DNA of 64,000 nt from Podarcis filfolensis (taxonomy: Eukaryota): assembly GCA_964270895.1 (NCBI GenBank), contig OZ185444.1. The stretch is one strand, 5' to 3'. Positions 23,611 through 38,600 of this stretch are shown piece by piece; positions within the stretch are counted from its first letter, which is position 1, and each line of letters begins with the position of its first letter. Under the pieces are notes generated by a model. That model was not told the DNA's origin. It worked only from the letters and a program-made list of their open reading frames with translations, and ran no database searches. The translations under genes and the position numbers were made by a program.

Positions 23611-26600
23611 GTGATGATGATGTTATCATCACTCCAAAGGCAGCAATAAAACAGTGAACGATACACAGCAGGTTGGCTGCAGTTTGGCTCGATGGATCAC
23701 CAGTAGTTCAGATCTGCATAATGTATTTCTGATGGAGGAACCAACTCAGCATTTCCAACTCAGGAAGGAAGGATGTGCTCCATCTGTATACAAGTGTGAT
23801 TATGTTTAAGGCAGTAGGACTACCATGTCAACACACCCCTTCTCTTCCCAAATCAGATGGAGTTTTGCATTATTTTCTTTCCGCTGCTTTAAAATAACTC
23901 AGTTGAAGCTGCTCCCTGGGCATAGGAAATCTGAAATAGTATTTTGGTTAGGGTTAAAAAGGAGATTGCAGTAGGAAGTTGCACAAAAAACCTCTCTCCC
24001 AGCAAACTGCATCAACTCTCATCGCCATCCCATTTTACAATTTTTCATGGATGCTCATTTAGAGGCAGGAAGCACTGGGCCTTATTCCAATTTGGCTTTG
24101 GGCTATCAAATAGCCAAGTCTGATTGGCTATGTGATGCCATTATGTGGTCTAAATGATGCCTGATTGGCTGGGATCATGTCAGGAAGAAGTCCAATTTTA
24201 AAAAATAGCACCCAAGTTGCAGATTGGAAAAAGCAGCATCCATTAGTGTGCATTTGTGCGTGCACACACATTAATTAATTATTATTATTATTATTTCAAC
24301 TTATATATCGCCCTATACCTAGAGGCCTCAGGGTGGTTCACAACAAGACCACAACATATAAAATCAAACAAAAAGCAGTAACCCAATAACACCCCCCACC
24401 CAAAGCCACATTCTAAAAGGGTGTTGGATGTCTATCAGATCAAAGGCCTGGTTAAAAAGGAATCTTTTTGCCTGGCACCTAAATGTGTATAATGAAGGCA
24501 CCCGGCGAATTTCCCTGGGGAGAGCATTCCACAGATGGGGAGCCACTGCAGAGAAGGCCCGTTCTCGTGTTGCCACCCTCCGGACCTCTCGAGGAGGAGG
24601 CACACAAAGGAGGGCCTCAGAAGATGATCTCAGGGACCAGGTAGGTTCATATGCATATATTTGATCTTGCCTCCCCCAACCTTGCCCTTTTGATCCCCAA
24701 CATTTTCTGAGTGAAAAGAAGGCGATGTCCTAATTTTCCTGCACTTTTGCTGAACACCTTAACACACATCCTTCAACATCTTTTTTAAAAAATGAATCAT
24801 CAAAAGCTGTGGGACTTACTCTGTATCTACTTGAAGTTCCCACTTTCTGCCTCTGGGGCTCCTCTCGGCGGCCATCGGGATATGCGTGTTTGTAAAAACA
24901 GTTCCCTCCAAATGGGCAGCTCCCACGGCCTTCATCAAAATACCTGCATGGCTTGTTGCTGGAAAGGAAAATATCGCAACCCTTACTCACAGCATAGCCA
25001 ATCAGAATTCAGTACTGCATTTGCTTTATAATCCAGGTGATTTTGTTTTCTTTTCTTTAAACGAAAGAAGAAGAGGTATTGCTTGCCGCCAAAGCCATTT
25101 AAAACCAATTAACACATGTACACAACGGATTACATTGATGTGCATACTCAAAGGGTGTGCGCATGGGTAGGTGCATGCAGAGGAGAACATCTGTATTAGC
25201 CTGTGCTGTCATTTTAAGGCAAGGTTGTGGTTGGGTAGACAAGGGAAGAGCACGTGAGGTTGTCTGGCGCAAAAGAGTGACCAAGTAGCTTGTGTGGTCT
25301 GCATGCATCTACCAGTGGTTAGATAAAGATGCATTTCACACACAGAAAGGGGTAGGAAGGAGGTATGAGGGCTTTAGGTAACACCGTGCTTTTCTCCGTG
25401 TACGCCCTTAATGTCTGCAGTCAAACTTGGCCNNNNNNNNNNNNNNNNNNNNNNNNNNNNNNNNNNNNNNNNNNNNNNNNNNNNNNNNNNNNNNNNNNNN
25501 NNNNNNNNNNNNNNNNNNNNNNNNNNNNNNNNNNNNNNNNNNNNNNNNNNNNNNNNNNNNNNNNNNNNNNNCGAACAGACTGCACTGCAAAATTCCACAT
25601 GACAGGGGCGCTATCTCCAGCTACAGACATACCATGGTATATGCCCCCCTTTTAAAAGCAGTCTATCGCACCTCAGAATCTTTGCACCACGGTTCTTTCA
25701 CAACCTAAAAGCTCTCCCCACCCCCCAAACCCCACCATTTCCTGAGGTTCTAAATTTTGCAGCTTGTCCATTTCTTAAGAGCAATGGGGGGTAAAAAAAA
25801 ACATTTCACACACAGACTCATTTTTCTTTAGATATAAATAAATTTATTTTTGTAACTTTGCTTTCTTGGAAGTCCATATTGGTTTGGGTTTGATTTTTCC
25901 AAGCAGACTTTAAAGAGGGATGGGTCACTGGCTCAGTAATGAACTAGAAGAGCGAAGGCTTAGGAAACACACATTTGGAACTGATCGGTCTCTTTTCACC
26001 ATCTGAACCCAAATGATTTTGTATGGTAACCAATAGGACAGCATGTTGCTACCATTCAACAAAAAGAAGTTATGACTTAACATTCAAACTAAATGGATCT
26101 TGCTGACCAGTCACGAGTACCAAGGTCAGAAGAATATCCAATAAAACCCTCAATTCTGAATAACGTTACTTATGTATTAAACGCAGTCTTAGGACGAAAG
26201 AGGGGCGATGTTGCAAGTTCACACAACATACTAACATCTTCCCAAGAAACAAAGCACAACGGACATGGGGAAGTGCCTCACTTTATGATCTTGCTCTCAA
26301 ATTGTTTAGCGCTCCTCCACTTGCGGATGCACTTGAGACAGTAAGTGTGATTGCAGTTGGAGAGGATCCCAAAGCGACGCTCGCTGGGGTTGGCTTTTTC
26401 ATACACCACCTCCATGCAGATGCCACACACCATGTCTTTGCTACGCTGGACGGCAAAGGAGAGCTCCATGTCCTTCTCGTGAGCCTCGATGCAAGACTGC
26501 AAGGGAAAGAGGAAGAAAATGACAGACAACGTCTTCCAAATACAAGGTTAACTTTGGAGGACCAACCTTGCCTTGTTCCCGTCAATGGGAACTCAATGCA

Positions 26601-29600
26601 ACAAACTCTTCTGCTTGAAAACTCGAAAATATAATATATACATGATCTTCCAGGGGTTAAGCAAGGTGTGAAAGTTATGGGAGATAAGTTTTTCTCCCTC
26701 TTATAATACTAGAAACCAGGGCTACTCAATGAAGCAAAAAATGGGAAGATTCAGGATAGACAAAATTACTTCTTCCCGCAACACACAGTTAAACTCTGGA
26801 ATATGCTACTGCAAGATGTTGTAACTACCACCAACCCTGATGGCTTTGAAACAGGTTCGGACAAATTCATGGAAGGTACAGGCTATTGGTGGCTAAGTTT
26901 TCCCTCCACTGTTGGAGAGAGAATGGTGCCCCTGGTACTGGAACCTTAAAGCAAGGATGGGGAACCTGGTGCCCTCCAGATATAGTGGGAGTCCCAACTA
27001 TGTACAAGGCCAACAGTCATGGACAGCAGGAGTTGCAGTCCTACACTGGGAGGGTTACAAGCTTCCCATCCCTGCTTTAAAACTTGCCATGGTGCCATAC
27101 ATCTCCCCTCACTCACATCGTGCTCCTTGATCTACTTTCCATCTTGGCTGGAAGGTAAGAACTGCCAAGGTGTCTGGTTGCCTTCTTGCCTTGGGGAGAC
27201 TCACAAAGAACCCAAAGACAGAAGGAAGCCTAATCTAACATTATGGTACATTCTGCTACATTTATTTTTTAAACTTTATATATTGTTTCTGAAAACTGCA
27301 CATTTTAGCCATTCTCTTGGGCAAAGTCTGTTACCACTTGGCTGTTCTGAACAAGGTCCATATAGTAGCACACCCAGGCCATCAGCCAACAGTCTGGACC
27401 TGTAACAACTTGTTTGAAGGACTTGTGGAGACAAGCAAGCTTGCAAGGGCTTAAAAGTTCGATCTTTTTGTTGGGTCAGCTAGTTATTTTGCCCATTTTT
27501 CCCACCTTACCTTTATGTGCAAAGATCTCTGTGCGGCATCAGCGGGATGGAGGACCTGCAAGCCACACATGTCACACACATCTCCATGGATATATACACA
27601 GTTTTCTCCATAGCGGCATTCTCCCACTGCGGCATAGGGACATAATTGTTTCTTCATCTCCAGGTTGGTGTGCTGTTTTTCATATTCCTCTTCAATTACC
27701 ATTCTCTGCATGGGAGTTTCAGTGCAGGATGGAGCAGCTGGAAAACATCAGAATGCAGAATGCTACTCTTAAAGTTTGCATGTAATCATCTGCGCAACTA
27801 AGGAAAACAATTGCAGATGGTTAAGACTGTTGCCTTGATGCTGCTTGTCCCCAACATAAAACTGCTACCATCTTGCCATTATTTTGCACCAGAAAATACT
27901 TAACTCAAAACTATGAAGGCCACCAGAAACCAAGTACACCTCTGTTTTCAAACATAATCCGTTCTAGAAGAATGAGTTCCGAAAAATTCAAAAACCAAAA
28001 ACTCAAAATGGAAGCCTCAAAACAGAAATCTCAATATGGAAACCACATTTCTGTTTCGACTTCCAAGGCGCTCTGAAAAACCAAAGCATTTGCTTCCGGG
28101 TTTAAGGCGTTTGAGTTTCGAAACATTCGTCAACTGACACGTTCGAAAGCCAAGGTACCACTATACTTATTTTGTTACAACTCATTTTGTTGCTCTATGC
28201 AACAGGTGAAACCCTTGTAAGGGAACTCACCACGTCTGCCAGCATGTGGCCACAAATGTTGCATGAACACAAGCTGGCATGCCAAGTTACAGCTGACACA
28301 TGGAGCACTGCCATGGCTAGACGTATTTTGGTGGCTTCTATAGAATATGGGGACTGCCACTGCAAGGCCATCTTCAGAACTCAGAATCAGGTACTGGTGG
28401 ACCGGCCGACAAAGCTCATTCTAGACGTTGCAGCCACCTCTTCCCAGCCATCAAATGCTGACATGCGGCACCTCGATCACAATGATCCCTAGAAAAATAA
28501 GGGCTGTTTCACTATGCTGATTCTGTCACATGATTGTGGCTGTTGATCCATGGCCATGTGAGAACAGGTCAGCATGAACAGGGCTGCACAACAGCACTTT
28601 CAGCAGCTACAAGCACAGAAATGGCTGCTGGCTCACATCAGGTCTATAGTGCAGGCCACACTCATGTTTAGCTAGACAGTCATGCACAGTTTAGTACTGT
28701 GAACGGTAATTTCATTTACTGGGTTAGGCACATCTGGCTGGCTGTACCCTTTAAAAAATCGTGTTACATGTTGACTTCATCAGAACTCTCTTAGAAGGAA
28801 ATCATGTACTTGGGAACAGAGTGGCAGTTACTAATCAAGCACTTGGATGGAATGGGGATTGGAGTCACTCGAGCAAAGGGCATTCAACAAGATCTGCAGA
28901 CCAGTGGCAAGGAAAATGAGTCTGCACATCTGGGCTGTTGTATATTACCCTTCCAGCCCAACCTGAAATGTAGCAGTAACAGCTTTGGAGAGCTTTACAG
29001 GGCAGTTGCATGCAGCAATATTAGCTTCAACGCAACCCTCAAACTGACTGCAATGGGTTCAATTCCTGTGGACAAGACTAAAGAGTTGTTGTAAACTCTG
29101 AGAACCATCATAAACCACTCTCTCCTGGCCACAGTTCCCTCCAGCCTGCCAAATGAGGACAATAAACTGAATTTGCTTTGGATCCTGCATTAGGAGGACT
29201 ATTTTTAAAATGTTTTAAATTAAACAAGTCCTGAATTAGAAAAACTCTTATCTTTGCTGCTGCCTTGGGGGTTCTTCTCTCGGAGGTGGAGTTGACACAG
29301 TGCTGCCCAATCCCACATATGTTATTTTTTTTTAATTTCCCCACTGATACTCATGGGCAGTTTTCATTTCCATCTCCGGGGACATTTAAAAATAACTTTT
29401 CAATGCAAACCAGCAAATTACTTATCCAGACAGAAAGATTGTTCTGTGTCCTTTTTATATCTATTTGTCTCTAACCCCATCCCCCCTTTGCTCCATTTCC
29501 CATGGAGAAGAAAAGAGAAGAGAAACCGAGTGAAGGGCAAATGATGGAAAGAAAGTCCTAGCTAAGAACTTTGATAGTTGCTGCAAAAAGTGTAGCAGCA

Positions 29601-32600
29601 CAATGGAAGTTGTCAAGCTCTCTGTTATTTGCAGAATGCTTAAGAAAAACACAACCACATAAATCAATACATTGGGCTCATAGGTCTTCTAAATGGACCT
29701 GGAAGTTGAGATGATCCCATTTTATTGACACTGGATAGCTACTAGAGTCTTGCAGCTATTATTTTGCCAGATAAATTCCCTACAGCATGATCACACACTT
29801 CCTCAGCCTGATTGCACCCATGTTTACTTGGAAGTAAGCCTCAATGACTTCAGTGGACTCTGCTCCCAGGTGACTAGCTGTGCCTCTCCAGGGTTTCGGA
29901 CAGGGGACATTTCCAGCCCTGCCTGGAGATGCCAGGGATTGAAACCAGACCTCCTGCAAGGAAAGAAGATGCTTTACCGCTAAACTATGACTCTTCTCCA
30001 CTCACTGTAAGGCAGTTTCCTATGTTCCTAGCATTAAAGAACAATGTTCACATCAATATAGTTCTTTACTGAAACACTACTCTTAATGAGACAATAAGAA
30101 CATGAAGCGTTAGTGCTGACGACTGACGTTTATCACTATTGTAGTAAGTCCACTTACCACGGCCACAGTATGGCTGCCCAGGGACAAACTCCACAGCATT
30201 CACCCAATCTTCAGCCCTAGCTCCGGCGGCTGCCAGGTCTTTGTCTTCAACTTCAGTTTCACCAGTGCTCACTTCAAGTGTTCCAGGGGACGGGCTCACA
30301 TCTGTAGAAGCTGAAGGGTAGGTTTTTATAGCTGGACTCACAGTAGTCACTTCTTCCCTTTTCAATGGCTTGGTATGTTCGTATCTGGTAAGGAAAGTCA
30401 GAATTTTACTTTCCTCCTTGAGGAAGAATAATGACATACATAGACATTGCACTAGATGTGGACCTTTTCCTAAGAAACTGCTGGCAACAGGAGCGCGATA
30501 TGGAATGGGAAGCGATTCCTATACATGAGGAATTTGTGGTTGAAAATTTTTGCCATGCAGAGCCCACAGCATCTTTGTCAAGTGTGTGCCTATCTGTTAA
30601 GTTTGAGAAGGCTAAGTATTTTGTACCTCTGGCACAAGCATGAGATCCAAGGTCCCTTTCAAAAAAAAACAAGGTAGCAGAAAGTCTGTCTGCTTCCCTG
30701 TTCCCAATAGCTTCATTTTAAGCACACTTACAAATGTAACTCATTATCAAATGGCTGACGACCAACTCACCTTTCACACGTGTATCCCATCGTTCAGCCA
30801 AAGAGCACAGAGTGGCAAACATGGGATCATCACATTTTATCCTCACAACTTGCCCACAGCAGCCTGTCAGCTTCATAGCTGGTCTGGGCGGAGTTTTTGA
30901 ACCAAAGTCTTCCTGGCCCAAGGCTAACATTCTATTTGCTACACCACACCGGTACTCTAATCTCACTAAAATAATATTCAATCCGAGGCATTCAAAGTCA
31001 ACTGGAGGATATAGCTGTCGTCTAGTTGGTCTAAAATCCCACACACTACGGCTCAAGTTCTTTAGTGCAGGACATCCAACACCATGCAGAACAGGAATGC
31101 AGCTAGTTCTCATAAGGTGGTTGAGGTTATTTTCCCCTGTAGCTTTTTAGAATTAACCGCATGATAAAACTTACACTTGATATACACACATTTGTTACAT
31201 TTACACCTTGTCTTTCTTTTGAGGAGTTAAAGGCAGTGACCATGACTCCCTGCCCATTTTATCCTCACAATCCTGTGAGGTAAATTAGGCTGAGCGACGG
31301 AGAGTGGTCCAAGGCCAACCAGGGAGTTTTGTGGCCTGAGCCATGAACCAGGGTCTCCCTGTACCAGGATTGGCCTTCCAGTCACTACAGTACATCTCCC
31401 TGACATCAGATCTACCCTGTACACGTTACTGTGCTTTAATGTCAAGACTTCTGTTCAAGAACACACCCTATGCATTAAGGTATTTAAATTCTTAAAAGGC
31501 AGGTTTGTTTTTAGGGTGAAAAAAAATCAGGAATGACTATGCTGGCAGAATAAGCTCATTTACAGGTTACAAGATTGAAGTGGAGGGGTTTGGCTGATGA
31601 TCATGCTCCATATAAATTCTTATATGAACTTAAACAATAGCCTCAGCCACACATTCCCATTTCCCTACATCACTATTCCCTATTAAAACCCCTCATAAAT
31701 TGGCTCTGCACATCAGCCATTACCATTTTTCCTGAAAATTGCCCTTTTTCTGATAATTTGAGCCAATTCATGTTCCTAGACCATAGAGAGCTATGAGCTA
31801 TGTAAGAAAGATGTCTCAGCCCTATCCACCTCTTTAGGCAATCCACAGTATTTCTACAACTTGAATGACACCTCAATGGATAAAAATCATGAAGAGGAAA
31901 CTACCGTATTTTTTTGCTCTATAAGACGCACCAGACCATAAGACGCACCTAGTTTTTGGAGGAGGAAAACAAGAAAAAAAATATTCTGAATCCCAGAAGC
32001 CAGAACAGCAAGATGGATCTGGCTTCTGGGATAGCCGCGCGCAGCCTCTCCCAGGCAGTGGGAGGAAGGCTCCCCCAAGAGCCGCACTCCCTTTAAAGAG
32101 CGCACGGAGCGTGGGTGTGGCTCTTGGGGGCTTTTCCCCCGAGGAGGGAGAAGGGCTGCCCTTCTCCTTCCTCTAGGAGGAGGATCTTTAAAGGGAGCGC
32201 TGAGCAGAGCCTCCTGCCTGCATTCGCTCCATAAGATGCACACACATTTCCCCTTACTTTTTAGAAGGGGAAAAGTGCGTCTTACAGAGCGAAAAATACG
32301 GTACCTTCCATGCATCAGAGCTCTGTTTTTTTAACCTACATGTGCCCCAATATGTATGGATTTCATTCACCTTACAGAACATAATATTTTGTATGATCCC
32401 CTCCCCACACCTTTCACATATAGACCAATTAGCTCATACGGACAAGTGGCTCATAGCTTGCCATGAACAAGTATATTGCTCCTGTAGTCTGAGCAACAAT
32501 CCACAATCCTTGGCTTAGTGTTACATCTGAACTGAGGATCATGGTATGTTTTGTCCCAAACAAACTATGACCTGAAGCCACACCACAATTTCTAGTTCTG

Positions 32601-35600
32601 ACGTAATGCTAAGCTAAGGACTGTGGCTCGTTGCTCCTGCTGAAGGAGGTGCAAAGAAGGAGTGATAAACTTAGTCTTGCTGAGCCATGAGCACGGTGAT
32701 TATTACATCCACAACGGTGTTTGACAACTGTAGAAAGGAGAGTGTCCAAGATGCGAGTGCCCCACGGATGATCACATCCATTGGATTGAGACCTCCCCAA
32801 TCATATAAGAGACAGGGAGGGAAGTCACTGAGGGTAATGGTCACGAAGAAATGGAATTGGCTGTTAGTTCAAGGCTAAAGCATTCAGCAGCATTTCTATA
32901 CCTGCAACGATCTCCGTAAGCACAGCATCCTCGCTGAAAATACCTGCACACCATGGCAGACTGACTAGTGTAGAGATCATGGGAGTAACGGCAGTTGTCT
33001 CCCTCCTTGCAAACGCCATGCATGAAATACCTGAAAGACAGAGCATTGCAAATATGGCTTAAGCAGAAACATCAACATCCTGTAAGAGTTCTAAAGGCAT
33101 TTCATTCTGCTTGATGCAAATAAATAATAAACCAATGCTGAATAATCCTCTTAAAAGTTCTAAAGCATCATACTAATACTAGTACTAACAGCCATTAATA
33201 AACTCGTCCTTTTCTTCCATCAATTTATATAATCCCATTTTAAATCCATCTAAACCAATGACCATCACTACGTTTTGTGACTGCAAATTCCACAAATACA
33301 CATCATGTGAATAAGTATTTTCTTTTTTCTATCCTGAACCTGCTGCCTTTAAATTTCACTGGATAATTTCCTCCCCCAACTTTGTAAAGTAAAATAAAAA
33401 AACAGTTAACACATTAAGATGCCAGACATGGAAAAGATGGCAGAGAAGGACGATCAAAATGATCAAGCCGCAACACCAATGAGCACCAGCCATCATGGCA
33501 AATGGGCAGTCCCTGCAAATATTAAATTATGCAGTTTCTCTACTGTGTAAGGAGAGATACCTTTCTCCCTCTTCCATAATTCTAGAACTCGAGACCATTC
33601 AACAAAATTGATGAGCCGTAGATTAAGCACTATTTATAGAATTCATTGCCACAAGATTTGGTAATAGCCGCTGACACAGACGGTCTTGAAATGAGATTAG
33701 ACAAATTAATGGAGAAGAACAGACCCACCAGCAACTACTGGCTATGGCAACCTAAAAGTCTCTGTGTTCAATGAATTCCTAACCAGCAGCTTGGGGGCAA
33801 CTGTGGGGGGAGACTTTTGCCTTTATGACCTGAATATGGACTTCCTGGAAGCATCTAGTTGGCTACTGTTGGAAACAAGAAGCTGAACTATATAGGTTGT
33901 TGGTCTGACCTGGCAGGGCTCATCTTATATTCTTATTTTAACATCTTATTCATCTCTGGAAAAGGCCAGTTTAATGTTTTAATTTTCTTTGCCAGTTAAG
34001 TGCAGAGATCCCACTTGTCTTCAGACAAAAAGATGTGAAAGAGGATGCAAACAGGGTGTTATATCTGTTCTCTTTTTTTGCACTGCTCCACAGTGCTGGG
34101 AAGAACCTGGACTATTTAAGCAAAGGGTGCAACTGGAGCACTAATTCACTTACTATCCCAATCTCAAACGCATACAGTCCCAGTTTGCAACCAAAACTGC
34201 CTTCGTGAATGACCTACACCAGGAACTAGAGGGAGAGCTGTTGGTTCTGGTGTGCCTCTTAGCGGCTTTCAGTTTATTGTCTTGATGCCAAGAAAGCAGT
34301 GGAAGTTTTAGACCAGTGTTTGAGTGCAGTAGCATATTTTTTTACGTGGGCTAATAAGATGAAATTTAATCCAGACAAGACAAATGTGCCATTAGTCAGC
34401 AGGAGAACAGAACCTGGAGTACTGAAAAGTCCTGTTCTGGACAGGGTTGCACTCCCCTTGAAAGACCAAGTTTGCAACTTGGAAATGTTCCTGGATGCTC
34501 TGGTGGTGCCTGTGAAGGAGTGTTTTGTACAACTTCGGGTAATTCCCTGGAATAAAGCAGACAGAGGTGGAATCTACACACATGTGAAAATGCTTTTTTG
34601 AAAAATCGTTTTGAAAAATGCATTGAATTTGCTGTAGCTCACAATTGTATACTGCACTTTACAACACATTCAAAGTGTTTTATTTGCAGCTGTATAGCTG
34701 AGCCCCTGGTCACAGTACCACAAGTCCTGGCCACATCCAGACAAATCACTGTAACATGCTTCTCTGCAAAATGTTTGCCAATTTAGCTTGTGCAAAATGT
34801 GGCAACCAGACTAATTTCTGGAGCCTGCTTTGCTGATCATACTCCTACAATGCCTTTTAATTCTGCCCAAGCTTTTGGGTAGGTTCTGGGACCTTACTTT
34901 TATGCTGATCTGTTTTATCATTCTCTTGATTTTACTGCATGAAACTGATTTTAGTCATCTGTTGTTGTTGTTTATAACATTTCTGCAAGCTGCATTGAGT
35001 TTATTTTATAAAGAAGGTTTAATTTTTTAAAAAAATAGCAAAAAAAGAAGCACTTAAAGGGGCCGTGGCATTCTAAGCATGTTGACTTAAAGGGAAGTTC
35101 TGTGGAAATCAAACAGGACTCGTGTTTTAATCAGGGCTGCAAGCTTTGATTGGTTTACTGAATGATTAATCTACCTAAAGCTTTAGCTGCCCCCTTCCCC
35201 AACCTGGTGCCCTCCGCCAAAAGCTGTTAGACTCCAGCTCCCATCAGCTCCAGTCACAGCATGGCCAATGTTCAGAGATGAAAAGAGCTTTAGCCTAAAA
35301 CATCTGAAGAGCAGCAAGTTGGTGAAGGCTGCTTTAGTTGATTAATGGTGGCACCACATTTTAATTTGGGGCTATAAATTAAGAACACATTTGCTTACTA
35401 TTGAAGCCATTTTGATTCCAGCATATTATTGTAACAGGAAACAAAAAAAGATGTTGAAGTTGTGTTTTCCAGCTAAAATGAATTAACAGCTTTTGTTTAT
35501 TAAATGCTAAGTTGTGCCTTCAACTGCTTTCAGCATTTCATACCCTCGTTGTTGTTTTTTTACAATGCATTTTCTTAAACTCAAATCCATTGCCACTGGA

Positions 35601-38600
35601 AGAAAAACAATTTAACTAAAAACACTACTACTGTAACGCTAGAATGAAAGCTTCAAGTACAAGAGTGAGTTCTTTGTCAGAAGAAGTCTAGCCTGAAGCA
35701 AAAAATAAAATAAAATAAAAATGATACAAATCATTAAAGGAAAGGAAAATAATGTTCTCCTAATGAAAATCATGCTATCGGCACCCAATGACCTCAAAAG
35801 CTTTATCCCTCTAAAAATAGAAGAAAAACAGAAGATTTGCTCATTTCAGCCAGTAAGCGTTTCATGAATTAAAGCCTTTCTGTCATCATACGATCTTAAG
35901 AGCAGAGTCTGACATGCTGAATATTCCTCAGACATATTCTAGTAATTTTAGAATCAAAGTAAATTAGTCTTTAAAAATACAAACATTTCTTCAAATACAC
36001 CCAATGCCCCAATGTTACAATTCCTAGACCTTTACCCCTGTTGCACCACCTGGTTTTATTTTACACTATTAATCTGGCTCTCAATAGAGCATGAGGAATG
36101 CTGCTATGTGATAAACTTGAAAAATGAACTTGACGTCTCCTATGTGCCCTAGACTGGGTTTAGATATCGGTTCAACTGAATTGGAAGCATCAGTCAGCTT
36201 GGCCAGCCTTAGACTATAATGGTTACATAGACTTTCTACTCAGAGAAGACAGACTGAAATTAATGTACTCACTTACAGTAGATCCATTAATGGACATGAC
36301 TGAGTACGCCTAATACTAGATACAACCCCTAAGCCTTCCAAGTTTGAACTACATCACCATTAATGGTGCCAAAAGCAGCAGGGGTGCCCCACAAATACCT
36401 ACTATGATAGTGGAAAATCAATAAATCCATTTAAAAAATAGCATTTGCCAACCCAGTGCCCTCCAGATGTTTAAAAGACAACTCCCATCGGCATAGGACT
36501 GATAGGATCTGTCAGCCAAAACATCTGGAGGGCACAAGGTCAGCAAATGCCAATCTAGCAGCATATGACCTACACCTTTCTTTTTGTGTGGAAAAGAGCT
36601 GTTCACACACAGAGAGAAAAAGAACCAGACCACTTTAGTCCAGGGGTGAATGTATCTCACATGTACTCAAGACAAAATATTTTTCTGTAGGAATCTCTTT
36701 TGCAAGCTCATCCTTACACATGCCCAAACTGCTACTTTCAAATTTGGAAATGAAGTCCTAAATTTAGTAAGCTTCTAACACAAGAGTTCATGTGTGTGTG
36801 TGTGCGCACGCGCGCGCACACACACACACACACGTGCGACAGAACTGCCACCACCACCCCACTAGAATACAGATGCAAGTTCAGTTTATGTAGAGAAAGG
36901 GGGGGGGGGGAGAGCAGAACACACAATATACTGCTCCTGGACCTGACCATGAAATGCAGTTCAGTGTAACAAGTGCATAGCAATAGATAAAGGGCAAAAA
37001 ATATATATCTTAATTTAATGTGAAAGCTCATGTGGTCTGATCTAGTGGAGTGTCTGACAAAGAATGAGAGCTTGGGGTGAAGATGCTGACCCACTGCGTG
37101 GGAGTTGTGAATAAGGAAATTCCATGCTTGGGTTCATTAAAACTGCTGATATCATAATACCATTGTACAAATTTATGGTGCAACCACATTTGGAATACAT
37201 ACTGTGTACAATTCTGGCCACCTCATCTCACAAAAACATATTGTTAAGTTGGAAAGGTTCAAAAAGCTCAAGCAAAATAAATGATCAAGGGGATGGAGCA
37301 ACTTCCCAATGGAGACAGGCTGCAGTATTTGGGGCTTTGAAGTTTAGAGAAAATGTGAATAAGAGACAATATAGAATCACAAATGCCACATAGAAAGTGG
37401 ATAGAGAAAAGGTTTTCTCCTTCTCCCATAAAACTAGAACTCAGGGACATCCCATGAAGCAGAATGCTGCAAGATTCAGGACAGATGAAAGAAAGTTCTT
37501 CTTCACTCAGTACATAGTTAACAACTGAATTCACTTCCACAGACACAGTAATTGCCACCATTCGGGATGCCTTTAAAAGACAATTAGACCAATGCATGGA
37601 AGATAAGGCTATCAATGGCTAATGGTCACAATGGCTATGCTCTAACTCCACAGTTGCAAGCTGTATGCTTCTGAACACCAATTTCTGGAAACTGCATCAA
37701 GGGAGCATGCTCTTGTTCTTGGGTCCGGGTGGGATTCCCACGGGCACCTGACTGGCCACCAAAAGAACAGGATGCTGAACTAGATGGGTCATTGGCCTGA
37801 TCCAACAGGCACTTCTTATGGTCTTAAAAGAGCCATGGAAGCACATTGTATGGTACTGCAAGGAGGGTTAATCACTTATAACTGTTTGTAAATTGGACAG
37901 CATCTCATTTCCCAAATATAAAAAGGCATCATTCATTTCACAATGGAGCTGGAGCCGTAGTTGTCATTCTTTTATAGAGCACCTGGATCCATCTCACATT
38001 CTAGAAGGTAAATTGAAGCCCTAAACCCATACAAACAGCCAGATGCCTTACTTAAGAGTACATTTTGGCATCAGTAAGAAACGTGTCAGTGCTTGAAGTA
38101 GCAGGTGTGAGAAACACCAATACAGTGTGCAACTCAATATTAAAATACCTCTACAGCTTTTTCTAAATTTAGGTACTTCAATACCACCTTCATACTGGAG
38201 TACCCTGGTATCCTATTAAGCACAGTACATACAACTCCCCACTTGAGTGCAGCACTAGGAACCCAGTGGGTAGCTCACAAGGACATCCTCTTCGGGCTGC
38301 GGGAAGGGTCTCCTTGCGAGCTGCAGGCTGCTCAGCTGACATGCGGGAAAGCAGCAGTGGTAGCGGCTGCTGCTGCTGCGCTACCCTGCATGTCAGTTGT
38401 TCGGCAGGGAGACTGAACAGCCTCAACAATGCCCTGTTGTACCTCTGGCTTGCAAGTAGACCCTCCCTGAAGAATGTCCTCTTCAGGCTCTGAGGAGGGT
38501 CTCCTTACAAGCCACAAGGACTCTCCAGGGTGCTCCTCACTTATGTGCATTTCTCTTATGCATACAGGGGCCCAGAATGCAACCCCCGTGTAAGTGGGGA

